From an uncultured Candidatus Poseidoniales archaeon (GTDB lineage Archaea; Thermoplasmatota; Poseidoniia; Poseidoniales; Poseidoniaceae): a DNA stretch of 64,000 bases. Below are positions 25,752-34,670 of the stretch, in pieces. Under the pieces are notes generated by a model. It did not search any database. It worked only from the letters and a program-made list of their open reading frames with translations, and was not told the origin of the DNA. The stretch covers positions 42,509-106,508 of the forward strand of contig CAXGWS010000002.1 of assembly GCA_964013535.1 (NCBI GenBank), given 5' to 3'. Position 1 is the first letter of the stretch; each line of letters begins with the position of its first letter. Both the position numbers and the translations under genes were made by a program.

Positions 25752-26990
25752 ATGTCTGAAAAAATATTAGAACAATACGGAAGAGTTACGATTTATACTG
25801 AACCTAATCACCCATCCCCTATCTATCATGTGGATGGCACGATAGAGCCAAATCCATATGGAGATCTGGCGGTATTGTTGGAAGATGATAACCTTGAGGA
25901 GGTTATGTATAACGGTGGAACTCAATGTGTCAAAGTTGCACATAGAGATCACGGAATGTGTCGGACCAATGTCTGGATTGACGATGATAGCGGCATCCAA
26001 ATTGCCAAAAACATTGCTTCTTTTACCAATGTTCCATTGGGTGATGGCCCGGGTTTAGTACCAATATTTGACGGCAGATTACCAGATGGTTCGAGAGTTA
26101 ATGGAACCATACCACCAATCTCCCCGGATGGGCCAACTTTGACAATTCGTAAGTTTAGGGAAGATCCACTCACTATGCTTGATTTGATCAAGTTTGGTAC
26201 CGTAAATTCGCGTCTTGCAGCGATGATGTGGGTATGGATTGAGGGTCTAGATAGCCGACCGGCAAACTTCGTAATTGCCGGAGGTACAGGCTCAGGTAAG
26301 ACAACCACTCTAAATTGTCTTGGAATGTACATTCCATGGCATCGTCGTTTGTTAACAGTGGAAGATACAGCTGAATTGCAAGTTTACCATGACCACTGGC
26401 TTAGAATGGAGACACGAAGAGAACGCCCAGATGGAACCCCAGAAGTCGACATGAATGATTGTTTGAAATCTAGTTTGAGGATGCGTCCTGATAGAATTAT
26501 TGTTGGTGAAGTTCGAGGTCCGGAAGCCGCTACATTGCTTACCGCTATGAACACTGGTCACGATGGTTCATTTGGTTCTCTGCACGCTAATACTGCCCAA
26601 GAAACGGTAACTAGAATGATTAATCCGCCTATGTTAGTGCCGCCAATTATGTTGACAGGTCTTGACTTAATCATTATTCAGGCAAGGCTTCATGTTAATG
26701 GTAAAACAGCTAGAAAGATTACTGAAGTCGCAGAAATCGCTGGTATGGAAGGAACGAAACCTAGATTGAATATCATCTGGAAATATAATCCCGTTAATGA
26801 CAGAATCGAGGAAACAGGAATTCCATCTAAACTAAGAGAAGTAATTTGTCAAGCAGCAGGAGTAACTCCTGACGTCTTTGAAAAACACGTCACACAAAGG
26901 CAGAAGATTTTGGAGGACTTGCTGAATAGAGATATCCGTGACATTCAAACAGTTACTCAGGTTATCCAAAACTTCTATGCTACAAGGTAG
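25752..26990 (+). CDS. CpaF/TadA (PilB-like) secretion/pilus assembly ATPase
   Basis: DGRLPDGSRV, TIRKF, Walker A GGTGSGKTT, VEDTAEL, LRMRPDRIIVGEVRG, AMNTGH, LHAN. Confidence 0.95.
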   Translation: MSEKILEQYGRVTIYTEPNHPSPIYHVDGTIEPNPYGDLAVLLEDDNLEEVMYNGGTQCVKVAHRDHGMCRTNVWIDDDSGIQIAKNIASFTNVPLGDGPGLVPIFDGRLPDGSRVNGTIPPISPDGPTLTIRKFREDPLTMLDLIKFGTVNSRLAAMMWVWIEGLDSRPANFVIAGGTGSGKTTTLNCLGMYIPWHRRLLTVEDTAELQVYHDHWLRMETRRERPDGTPEVDMNDCLKSSLRMRPDRIIVGEVRGPEAATLLTAMNTGHDGSFGSLHANTAQETVTRMINPPMLVPPIMLTGLDLIIIQARLHVNGKTARKITEVAEIAGMEGTKPRLNIIWKYNPVNDRIEETGIPSKLREVICQAAGVTPDVFEKHVTQRQKILEDLLNRDIRDIQTVTQVIQNFYATR

Positions 26991-26992
26991 AT

Positions 26993-28762
26993 TTAACCAC
27001 GTAGTCTTGCAAGAATATCGTCGATATGATTGATTTTCTCTCTAGCAGATTTTACTCTGTCTCCAGCATCGCTTAGTTCTTCATCTTCATTGATTATATC
27101 ACTTGATATTGGTGAGTCCTTGGGTTTGAAACTGTCTGCGAGGGTTTTCAATTCTGTGATTATTGAGTCAACCTCAGTTTCTGAGACAATAACTCCAGGG
27201 GCAATTTTAGGTATTTCAGATGGGGAGATAAATCCTAACTCTGAGCCGATTATTCCCGCAGATGCAAGAACTTTCGGGCGCAAAGCCGGAGTGTTGACAT
27301 CATAACCTCGTGATTCTAGGAATCTTATGATTAAGGCTTGTTGAGATTCTGTGAAAGAACCCTCAGAAGATTCCATTACGGTCTCTACTAATTGTTCGAA
27401 TGCGATGATGTTTTTCTCTAATCTGTCGATTACTCTTCTCTCCTCAGGTGAGTGGTGAACACTGCCGTGATGGAGTATTTTGAGAACTCTGTTGCGACGG
27501 GCAATGTTTGGATCTTGTAATCCCTCGGCCTCTGATAAGTCAATGTGTAGGTCAAAAAGAGCGTGGAGTCTACCTGATATGCTGGGTATTCTCAAATCCA
27601 AACCCATTGATTTAGCAATTTCTTCAAATGCCATTCTTGCCTTAACCAAATCTCCATTATGTAAATCAATTGTATTAGACAATTGGTCCCTAAGCGAGCT
27701 TCTAGAATTTTCAAATTGCCTGATTGCCTCACGTTCGGACCAAGAGTTGGGCATGCTATTTATCGCATCTTTTTCTGATTCTATCTTGAATTCTAATTTC
27801 ATAATCATATCAGTTAAGTAAGCACGTACTGACATGACCTCAACAGGAATTCCGTGGTTGCCTAAACTAGTTATGAAGGCTTCAAAATCTTGGCTGTTAG
27901 CAGTGGAACTTACAGTCAAGAAATCTCTTGCAGCGGATTCAATCTCTGGCAATCTTGCTTCAACTTCGATTATTGCTGCTTCCCTTTCTAAAGTATCAAT
28001 TTCGGTTTCGGCAACTATACTAGGGGCTATTTGATTCATTTGTGGCACTAATTCTTCCTGTTCGAAGCCACTATTCGCTGACTTTAGTGCATCGTCAATT
28101 GAGTTAGAAACATCAATTCTAGAGATGTCAAGTCCATCATCAGCCAAGTTATTTCTCAACTCAGATTCATCTTCAAAACTCCAGCCTTCAGGGTGCTGTT
28201 CGATGAATTTCTCTACAGAATCTTGAATATTAATCGTTGGTGAATCTTCATCTTCAGATGGATTAGGTATAATTATCTTGGATTTTGCATTGTCATTTTT
28301 ACGCTTGAGTGATTTTTTCACCTTACCCCAAGAACCTTGTTGAGACGCCAATACTCCGGCAACCCTTACCAATAGTGTTTGCTTATCGCCTGTTAGAGGT
28401 AACTCTAGGGTTTTGCAAAGTGCATGTATTTCCTGTTTATTCATATTATCAAGATTTTCAGCGGTTAGCAACTTTGGATCTTCATACAGATGTAGGTAGA
28501 GTCGCTGTCGCCTTTCTCTAATTGATCCAGATTTTTTCAGTCCAAAAACGCCGAGAATTTCACCTAGATTCTTATTTTTGATATTTTTTATATTGTCAGT
28601 CGACAAATCCCAGTCTGACAAAACAAGATTTTTGATTAGTCTTGCTCTAACAACTTCAACGGGTCCAGTTTTTGGCAGGTCACCGACAGCAGCCATCTCT
28701 TTTAGGCGGTCAAATTTGGCTTGATATAATTCGCAAAGAAGGTCAACCTTGTTCGTCAACAT
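26993..28762 (-). CDS. Protein with three N-terminal SAP-like DNA-binding motifs and a large helical C-terminal region
   Basis: LKEMA..GDLPKTG..V.ARL; LGEIL..FGLKKSG..R.RL; IHALCK.LELPLTGDKQTLLVRV; ATG at 28762 after GGTGG SD. Confidence 0.65.
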   Translation of the reverse strand: MLTNKVDLLCELYQAKFDRLKEMAAVGDLPKTGPVEVVRARLIKNLVLSDWDLSTDNIKNIKNKNLGEILGVFGLKKSGSIRERRQRLYLHLYEDPKLLTAENLDNMNKQEIHALCKTLELPLTGDKQTLLVRVAGVLASQQGSWGKVKKSLKRKNDNAKSKIIIPNPSEDEDSPTINIQDSVEKFIEQHPEGWSFEDESELRNNLADDGLDISRIDVSNSIDDALKSANSGFEQEELVPQMNQIAPSIVAETEIDTLEREAAIIEVEARLPEIESAARDFLTVSSTANSQDFEAFITSLGNHGIPVEVMSVRAYLTDMIMKLEFKIESEKDAINSMPNSWSEREAIRQFENSRSSLRDQLSNTIDLHNGDLVKARMAFEEIAKSMGLDLRIPSISGRLHALFDLHIDLSEAEGLQDPNIARRNRVLKILHHGSVHHSPEERRVIDRLEKNIIAFEQLVETVMESSEGSFTESQQALIIRFLESRGYDVNTPALRPKVLASAGIIGSELGFISPSEIPKIAPGVIVSETEVDSIITELKTLADSFKPKDSPISSDIINEDEELSDAGDRVKSAREKINHIDDILARLRG

Positions 28763-28911
28763 ACCACCTTGTTCGATATGCGTACAAAGCAGTATATGTG
28801 GTTTCGCTATCATGGGATGATTTTTTTTTGGTTTTTCGAGGGTTTGGTGCTTCCGCAAAGGTATTGTACACATGGCATTTATCGGTAGTCGAAGGCACCT
28901 TGGTGATGACC

Positions 28912-29484
28912 ATGAGTAGGAGTTTCAAATCTGCTAAAAGTGCAATTAAGGATACCAATTCCTTAGTTGATTCATTATCGGAGACGGTAAGGAATGATTT
29001 CAAGAAAAATCTGGGCAGTCTAGAAGATGCTTTATCACAGCGGATGAATGAGGCTGAGAAAGCAATTTTAGAATCATCCAAAGCAAGAGAGGCGATGGTT
29101 GCTGGGATTGGCAGCATGAAGAAAGCAGTTGAAAAAGCTCAGAGAAGATTCTCAAAAAACAATAATTTGGAAGAATTAAAGTCAACTATGGTAGAATTGT
29201 TTGCAGATATTAATCGCTTGAAGACCGCCAATGAAAAAATCTCATCGGACATATCTCTAGTTTTGCATCCTAATATGTCCGCAGTCGAAGCAGTGGAAAG
29301 ATTCGCTTCGGACCTTCAAAGGTTTGCAGGCACATGGGAGAGAATTGCAAGAGATATCGATCAATCAATAACTGATCTTTGTGATGATCAAACGCCTTCA
29401 GAGTTAATTGATTTAGAGAATTACATCTCTAGCCAAGGTTTCGATAAATTAGTTGCAGATAGGTTAAATGTTGAGTCAGAGTAG
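28912..29484 (+). CDS. Hypothetical alpha-helical/coiled-coil protein
   Basis: Heptad-like charged helical sequence; GGTGA SD before ATG; divergent from the SAP gene. Confidence 0.6.
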   Translation: MSRSFKSAKSAIKDTNSLVDSLSETVRNDFKKNLGSLEDALSQRMNEAEKAILESSKAREAMVAGIGSMKKAVEKAQRRFSKNNNLEELKSTMVELFADINRLKTANEKISSDISLVLHPNMSAVEAVERFASDLQRFAGTWERIARDIDQSITDLCDDQTPSELIDLENYISSQGFDKLVADRLNVESE

Positions 29485-29485
29485 C

Positions 29486-30640
29486 TCATAATTCAAGTAA
29501 ACCCGGCTTAGCTTGTTTATATTCGTCAGGTAGTCCACTAATCAATCGTTTTAATTCATCATGTTCTTGTTGTAGTAAATCAATCAAAAATTTAGTTTCC
29601 TTGATCAAGACATTCTTACCTCGTTCATACTTATTGTCGTGCAGAGGCTCAATACGAATCATCTCTAGGGACACATCGCTATCTTTGCCTATGATTTCAA
29701 GATAAATACAGATTCTTGGACCAGGTATTACATCTCTAGATGGATTCCATTTTGTTCTTGAATCACGGCCTTTCTTTGAACTTGGAATCAAATAATTTTC
29801 ACCAATTTTTAATGCGTAAGAATCATCGATTAATTTCGCATATTGTTTTAGGATTGTTGACAATTTCTTCTGTTCGACGAATAATCCAGATATTGGTTTA
29901 ATCTCATTACTCATTGATTCATAAATTGAGTTTTCAATTTCAAAACAGGTTCTAGCGGCTGTATCATTCAAAGTTTCAATGGCCTGTGAAGGAAATCCAC
30001 TTCTTGATACCAAGATAGTAAAACCTTCAAGTGGAGGTGGAATAAATGTCGACCGCTCAAATTCTTGAGATGGTTTTTCTCTCTGCATACCCAGAGTATG
30101 TCTTCGTACTCGAGTTTTCAACTGGCTGAATTCGCCTCTTGAAATGACATAGCCGTCGATAATTCCTTGCTCTCGGAAATCTTCCATAATTGTTAATTGT
30201 CTTTCAATGTCAACTTCTGCGGGTTCTAGTGTTAACCCATGTTCACTAACTAATCTATCGAATGTGTAAATCTCCAAATCATTTCGCATTCTCGATAATT
30301 GTCTAGCAATTAATTCCTTATTACAGACAACTTTTGCACCGTAAGGAAGGTATTCTGGTTTATCGTCTGCGACCAAAACCCATGTAGGCTCCCTTCGAGG
30401 CAAAAATGCTGAAATTTGTAGTCCTTCAACATCCATAGTTTTCCACTGCTGTATACTCATTGCTAACAAATCAGCAGTGCCCTTTCGCAATGTTTCAATA
30501 GCAACTTCCATATGTGGTATTTCGGTCATTTTGAAATTAAATAGGTCTCTATTTGTAACAATTAAATTTTCAACTTGGAGCCTTACCCCGTCGAAATTAG
30601 AGGGTGTAGTCAAAACCTCAAGTTTTGGCTTGTCTTCCAC
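29486..30640 (-). CDS. HemC (porphobilinogen deaminase)-fold protein, catalytic residues degenerate
   Basis: LRKGTADLLAMS, FLPRREPTWVLV, LPYGAKV, RQL.RMRNDL, GIIDGYVIS, FIPPPLEG, LND are colinear with HemC; the VHSxKD and GGC motifs are absent. Confidence 0.6.
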   Translation of the reverse strand: MEDKPKLEVLTTPSNFDGVRLQVENLIVTNRDLFNFKMTEIPHMEVAIETLRKGTADLLAMSIQQWKTMDVEGLQISAFLPRREPTWVLVADDKPEYLPYGAKVVCNKELIARQLSRMRNDLEIYTFDRLVSEHGLTLEPAEVDIERQLTIMEDFREQGIIDGYVISRGEFSQLKTRVRRHTLGMQREKPSQEFERSTFIPPPLEGFTILVSRSGFPSQAIETLNDTAARTCFEIENSIYESMSNEIKPISGLFVEQKKLSTILKQYAKLIDDSYALKIGENYLIPSSKKGRDSRTKWNPSRDVIPGPRICIYLEIIGKDSDVSLEMIRIEPLHDNKYERGKNVLIKETKFLIDLLQQEHDELKRLISGLPDEYKQAKPGLLEL

Positions 30641-30722
30641 ACTTTCACCTCGGCTCGGAGTTCTCCGAACAGGCTATGGGCGTAGACCATTGGTTAAGAA
30701 GGGCACCCCACTAGGCTATCCC

Positions 30723-31700
30723 ATGGCGCAGATTGATACGGGGGTTGAACAAGGTCTAGACAATCTCCGCCAACAGATTGATACAGCGCTAGAAGAAATG
30801 ATAGCATCGAGGATTGACTCAGGTGAAGTTGTCGAATTGTCTGGTAGAGTTCTTCTCGCCGGTGGAAAGCGTCTTAGGCCAATAATGATGTGCTTATCTT
30901 ATGAGATTGCAGGAGGTCGAGATTTATCAAAAATAATGCCGCTTGCTATGGCTTTTGAATTCCTTCACACAGCAACTCTAGTCCACGATGACATCAATGA
31001 TGGCGCAACACACAGAAGGGGAATACCAACTATTCACGAAACTGCTGGGCTATCAAAGGCAATTATTGCTGGCGATTGGCTGTTTGTTCAAGGATATGCG
31101 CTTGGAGGGCAATACAATCAAGATATTGTAACAAATATTGCCAACTGTTGTTCGAGTATTGCAGTTTCCGAATTTTCCCAAATCGATCACATTCAGAATC
31201 TAAAAACCTCCCCAGAGGATTATATCAGTATCGTTAAGGGGAAAACAGCTGGTCCTTTTGCGTCAGGTTGTCGAAGTGCTGGTATTGTAGCCGAGGCAAC
31301 ACAAGAACAACTAATGGCCCTCGAAGAATTCGGAAATGAAATAGGAATTGCCTACCAGTTGGTTGATGATTTATTGGATTTACTGGGCGACGAACAAATA
31401 GGCAAACCTCGCGGAACCGATGTTCATGAAGGTAAGATGACACTTCCATTAATCCATTCTTTGACATTATCTCATGGAAAAGATAGAGATAGGTTAGCAG
31501 AAATTATCAATAATTTCGATGATGAGTTATTTGATGAGTTAATCCAACTGCTGGAAAAATCAGATAGTTTCAATTACACAAAGATTCTCATCAATAATCA
31601 CTTCGAAAGAGCAATTAATCATCTAAATGCATTCCCCAAATCTAATGCCAAACTATTATTGGAAAATGTTGCAGAATACGCAACGACTAGGAAATTGTAG
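30723..31700 (+). CDS. trans-polyprenyl diphosphate synthase, probably longer-chain than GGPP
   Basis: GGKRLRP, FARM LVHDDIND..RRG, GKTA, SARM QLVDDLLD, EGKMTLP; Ala at position -5 of FARM (bulky in short-chain enzymes). Confidence 0.9.
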   Translation: MAQIDTGVEQGLDNLRQQIDTALEEMIASRIDSGEVVELSGRVLLAGGKRLRPIMMCLSYEIAGGRDLSKIMPLAMAFEFLHTATLVHDDINDGATHRRGIPTIHETAGLSKAIIAGDWLFVQGYALGGQYNQDIVTNIANCCSSIAVSEFSQIDHIQNLKTSPEDYISIVKGKTAGPFASGCRSAGIVAEATQEQLMALEEFGNEIGIAYQLVDDLLDLLGDEQIGKPRGTDVHEGKMTLPLIHSLTLSHGKDRDRLAEIINNFDDELFDELIQLLEKSDSFNYTKILINNHFERAINHLNAFPKSNAKLLLENVAEYATTRKL

Positions 31701-31780
31701 AATCAATTGAGTTGTAATATTTACCAATTTAACGACTTAACAGCCGGTTGATTCAAGTTAGATGATGTCTACGGTTAGAC

Positions 31781-32275
31781 ATGGACAAAGGGCGCATTTG
31801 TGAGGATGACGCAGTCAGTCCAGTGATTGCAACGGTCTTACTACTTGCAATAACTGTCATGTTATCTAGCATGGTTTTTGTTATGATGCAAGGTGCAATT
31901 AACTCGGTGGAAAAATCAGAACCCGAAATAACAGTCAGCGTAAAAGGGCTATCGAATGGTTTTCATGTCGTTAGAATCACCAGCTTAGATCAAGCACTCG
32001 ACCCAGCCCGCTTGGAATATCAAATTTATGATGAGAACGATTTGAATTCAAAACAACATAGTGGTTTTGTTGACGACCCTGATGTTTATGGAGTAGTTGG
32101 GTCTAATGTTTCATTCCATGACCGAGACGCTGGCTACTCAGTGACACAAGGAGATTACTTTGTTATTGATTCAGAAACAATCGGCTCTAAGGACGGTACT
32201 TGGAGCATGAAATTGATTGACCAGAGCTCAGACAAATTGCTATTTGATGTAAAACTGGTCTTAATTGAAGACTAA
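31781..32275 (+). CDS. Archaeal type IV pilin
   Basis: Class III signal peptide EDDA/VSPVIATVLLLAITV. Confidence 0.88.
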   Translation: MDKGRICEDDAVSPVIATVLLLAITVMLSSMVFVMMQGAINSVEKSEPEITVSVKGLSNGFHVVRITSLDQALDPARLEYQIYDENDLNSKQHSGFVDDPDVYGVVGSNVSFHDRDAGYSVTQGDYFVIDSETIGSKDGTWSMKLIDQSSDKLLFDVKLVLIED

Positions 32276-33270
32276 CCGCCAATAAAGTGCATTTCTACGG
32301 GCTTTGAAATTCGTATAGAGTTTCTTATTTCGGAGTATCTATCCTCACGTTTTTGCCATAAAGCAACCACGGCATTTCGTAGGTCATCTTCATCTGCCCC
32401 CATCTTAATTAGTGATTTCAAATCATGTCCTCGTTCAGAAAACAGACAGGTATACAATTTACCGTTTGCAGAGATTCTTGCCCTAGTGCATGATTTACAA
32501 AATGGATTAGATATCGACTCAATAAAGCCTATTTCATAACCATCATTTAGTCTCCATCGATTAGCAACCTCACCGTATTTAGCGTCTGGTGCAGGAGTTA
32601 AATTTTCAAATTCTGAAGCAATTATTGACCTTATCTCCTCACCAGAGATAACTTGTTCTGGATTCCAATCTTTAGTTCCTCCAACATCCATATATTCGAT
32701 AAATCTAACAATGACATTCAATCTATAGAATAGTCGTGTGATGGGTAATATCTGTGATTCATTGAAACCCTTGATGATAACAGTGTTTACTTTGACTTTC
32801 AAATCCGAGGCCAGAGCAGTTTTTATTCCAGTTATGATTTGTGTCGAGGAGATCTTTGAGTTTGAAATATCTTGAACTATCTCATCTTCAATTCCATCTA
32901 GACTAACGGTAACTCTGTCCAATCCTGAATTTGCGAGTTGCTGCGCGAATTTCCCCAGTAAACTGCCATTAGTTGTCATTGCAATGTCCAAATTTGGGCC
33001 ACAATTTCTAATCATTGAGATTAGTTTACAGATGTCTTTTCGCAACAGTGGTTCACCACCAGTAATTCTAACTTTTTCTAGACCAAGCGGCAGCATCGCC
33101 TTGACTAATAGTACAATGTCTTCAAAACTCAAAATATCACTGCGTGGTAGAAATTTGTGGTCGTTACCGAATTGGTCTGGAGGCATACAATAATTGCAAC
33201 GAAAGTTGCACCTGTCAGTGATTGAAATACGCAAATCTTTCAGAGGTCTTCCAAGAGTGTCCCCCGTCAT
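32272..33270 (-). CDS. moaA: GTP 3',8-cyclase (molybdopterin biosynthesis)
   Basis: CNFRCNYC, TGGEPLLR, FCKSCTRAR...YTCLF, C-terminal IGG. Confidence 0.95.
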   Translation of the reverse strand: MTGDTLGRPLKDLRISITDRCNFRCNYCMPPDQFGNDHKFLPRSDILSFEDIVLLVKAMLPLGLEKVRITGGEPLLRKDICKLISMIRNCGPNLDIAMTTNGSLLGKFAQQLANSGLDRVTVSLDGIEDEIVQDISNSKISSTQIITGIKTALASDLKVKVNTVIIKGFNESQILPITRLFYRLNVIVRFIEYMDVGGTKDWNPEQVISGEEIRSIIASEFENLTPAPDAKYGEVANRWRLNDGYEIGFIESISNPFCKSCTRARISANGKLYTCLFSERGHDLKSLIKMGADEDDLRNAVVALWQKREDRYSEIRNSIRISKPVEMHFIGG

Positions 33271-33343
33271 GCCGCAAACTAAGTGATTGAGGTTATTCAA
33301 CTGTTTTACAAGCATTGATGTTTAATGACTTGTAGGGCGATGT

Positions 33344-34666
33344 GTGAGTGTCCAGCATGATAGTTCTGTTGAGGATTCATTTTCCGATATGCAGCATATT
33401 CCAAAACTAGAACTACAGCACGTCGATTTCGCATTGCCTCCATCGAAAAGCCATTTAATTAGATTACTTGCTTTGGGTGCATTAAATCAGGAAAAAGTCG
33501 TCTTTAATTTAGTTGGAAAACCAGGAAAAGATGTATTTTCTATGGTCAAATCGCTTCAGTCACTTGGAATCAATGTTTCAACCCGAGAGACTGATTCAAG
33601 TGTGCAAATTAGTATTGAAGGCGGCAATTATCAATCATTTTCGACTCAACAACAATTATCAGTCAATTGTGGAAATTCGGGAACTACGCTTAGAATAATT
33701 ATGGGTTTAATCGCTTCAATGCAGCAAAAAGTAACGGTGATTGGAGATGATTCTTTATCTGTAAGAGAAAATGAGTCGCTAATCAAATCTTTAATCGATA
33801 GCGGAGTAAAGATTGAAAAAATAGGTAACAATAACCTCCCGATAGAAATTACCGGACCAATTTTTGATGGTAGTACTAAAGATCAAAACGTATTGTTAGA
33901 TTGTAGCAAATCTAGCCAACCGCTATCGGCATGGATGATTGCTAGTGCTAACTTCCATTGCGATGTGCAAATCGAATTAGTTGGTAAAACCGTATCAAAC
34001 CGCCATTATCGACTCACGCAAGAATTGTGTAACCAATTTGGCGCTAGTATTAATCAAGACCTTAACAAATATAATATTCCCAAATGGGAGGTTCAAATGC
34101 CTCAATATTACAATGTTCCAGGTGATGCATCTATGGCTAGCTTCGCAATCCTGCTCTCTATGGTACAAAACTGTCCTGTTCAAGTAAAGAATTGGCCGGA
34201 GCAAAAAGACGCTCTAGGTTGCGAAATATTGCATGAAATGGCACCTAGTTTGGGTATTATTTGGGAAAACAGTGTTATTGTTGGTTCAAATAATGGCGAA
34301 TATGCTACATATGATTTGACTGATTGCAACGACTTAATCACTCCACTTGCTGCGATTTTGGCAATATCTTCTGGCGGAGAAATTAGCGGCATTTCGCACA
34401 CGGTATACAAAGAAAGTAATAGAATTGAGAAGACTATTGAACTGATGGATTGTTTTGGTTTGAAGGTCAGCAATAACCAAGGGCGCCTAGTTATCGATGG
34501 TGGTCAAATTCCAGTTGTGCCAAAAGTACCAGTTCACTGTCATAATGACCATAGAATATTCATGACTGCAGCAATAATGATGTCTAAGTTTGGTGGAGAT
34601 TTAATTGGTAAAGGATTACATGCAATTGCAGACGAGTCATTTCTTCATCGAATCGGCATTGAATAG
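33344..34666 (+). CDS. aroA: 3-phosphoshikimate 1-carboxyvinyltransferase (EPSP synthase), divergent
   Basis: PPSKS..R, CGNSGTTLR, SSQ..SA, VPGD.S, KESNRI, DHRI.M; start uncertain (33344 GTG or 33389 ATG). Confidence 0.85.
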   Translation: MSVQHDSSVEDSFSDMQHIPKLELQHVDFALPPSKSHLIRLLALGALNQEKVVFNLVGKPGKDVFSMVKSLQSLGINVSTRETDSSVQISIEGGNYQSFSTQQQLSVNCGNSGTTLRIIMGLIASMQQKVTVIGDDSLSVRENESLIKSLIDSGVKIEKIGNNNLPIEITGPIFDGSTKDQNVLLDCSKSSQPLSAWMIASANFHCDVQIELVGKTVSNRHYRLTQELCNQFGASINQDLNKYNIPKWEVQMPQYYNVPGDASMASFAILLSMVQNCPVQVKNWPEQKDALGCEILHEMAPSLGIIWENSVIVGSNNGEYATYDLTDCNDLITPLAAILAISSGGEISGISHTVYKESNRIEKTIELMDCFGLKVSNNQGRLVIDGGQIPVVPKVPVHCHNDHRIFMTAAIMMSKFGGDLIGKGLHAIADESFLHRIGIE

Positions 34667-34670
34667 AAAA

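Noticed and set aside
28821-28829. Poly-T tract as a phase-variation site
   Set aside because: Only 9 nt, and intergenic once the starts are corrected (28762 and 28912); no evidence of variation from one sequence.
30477-30722. N-terminal extension of the polyprenyl synthase in the ORF track
   Set aside because: Overlaps the divergent HemC-like gene; ATG at 30723 gives a normal-length enzyme.
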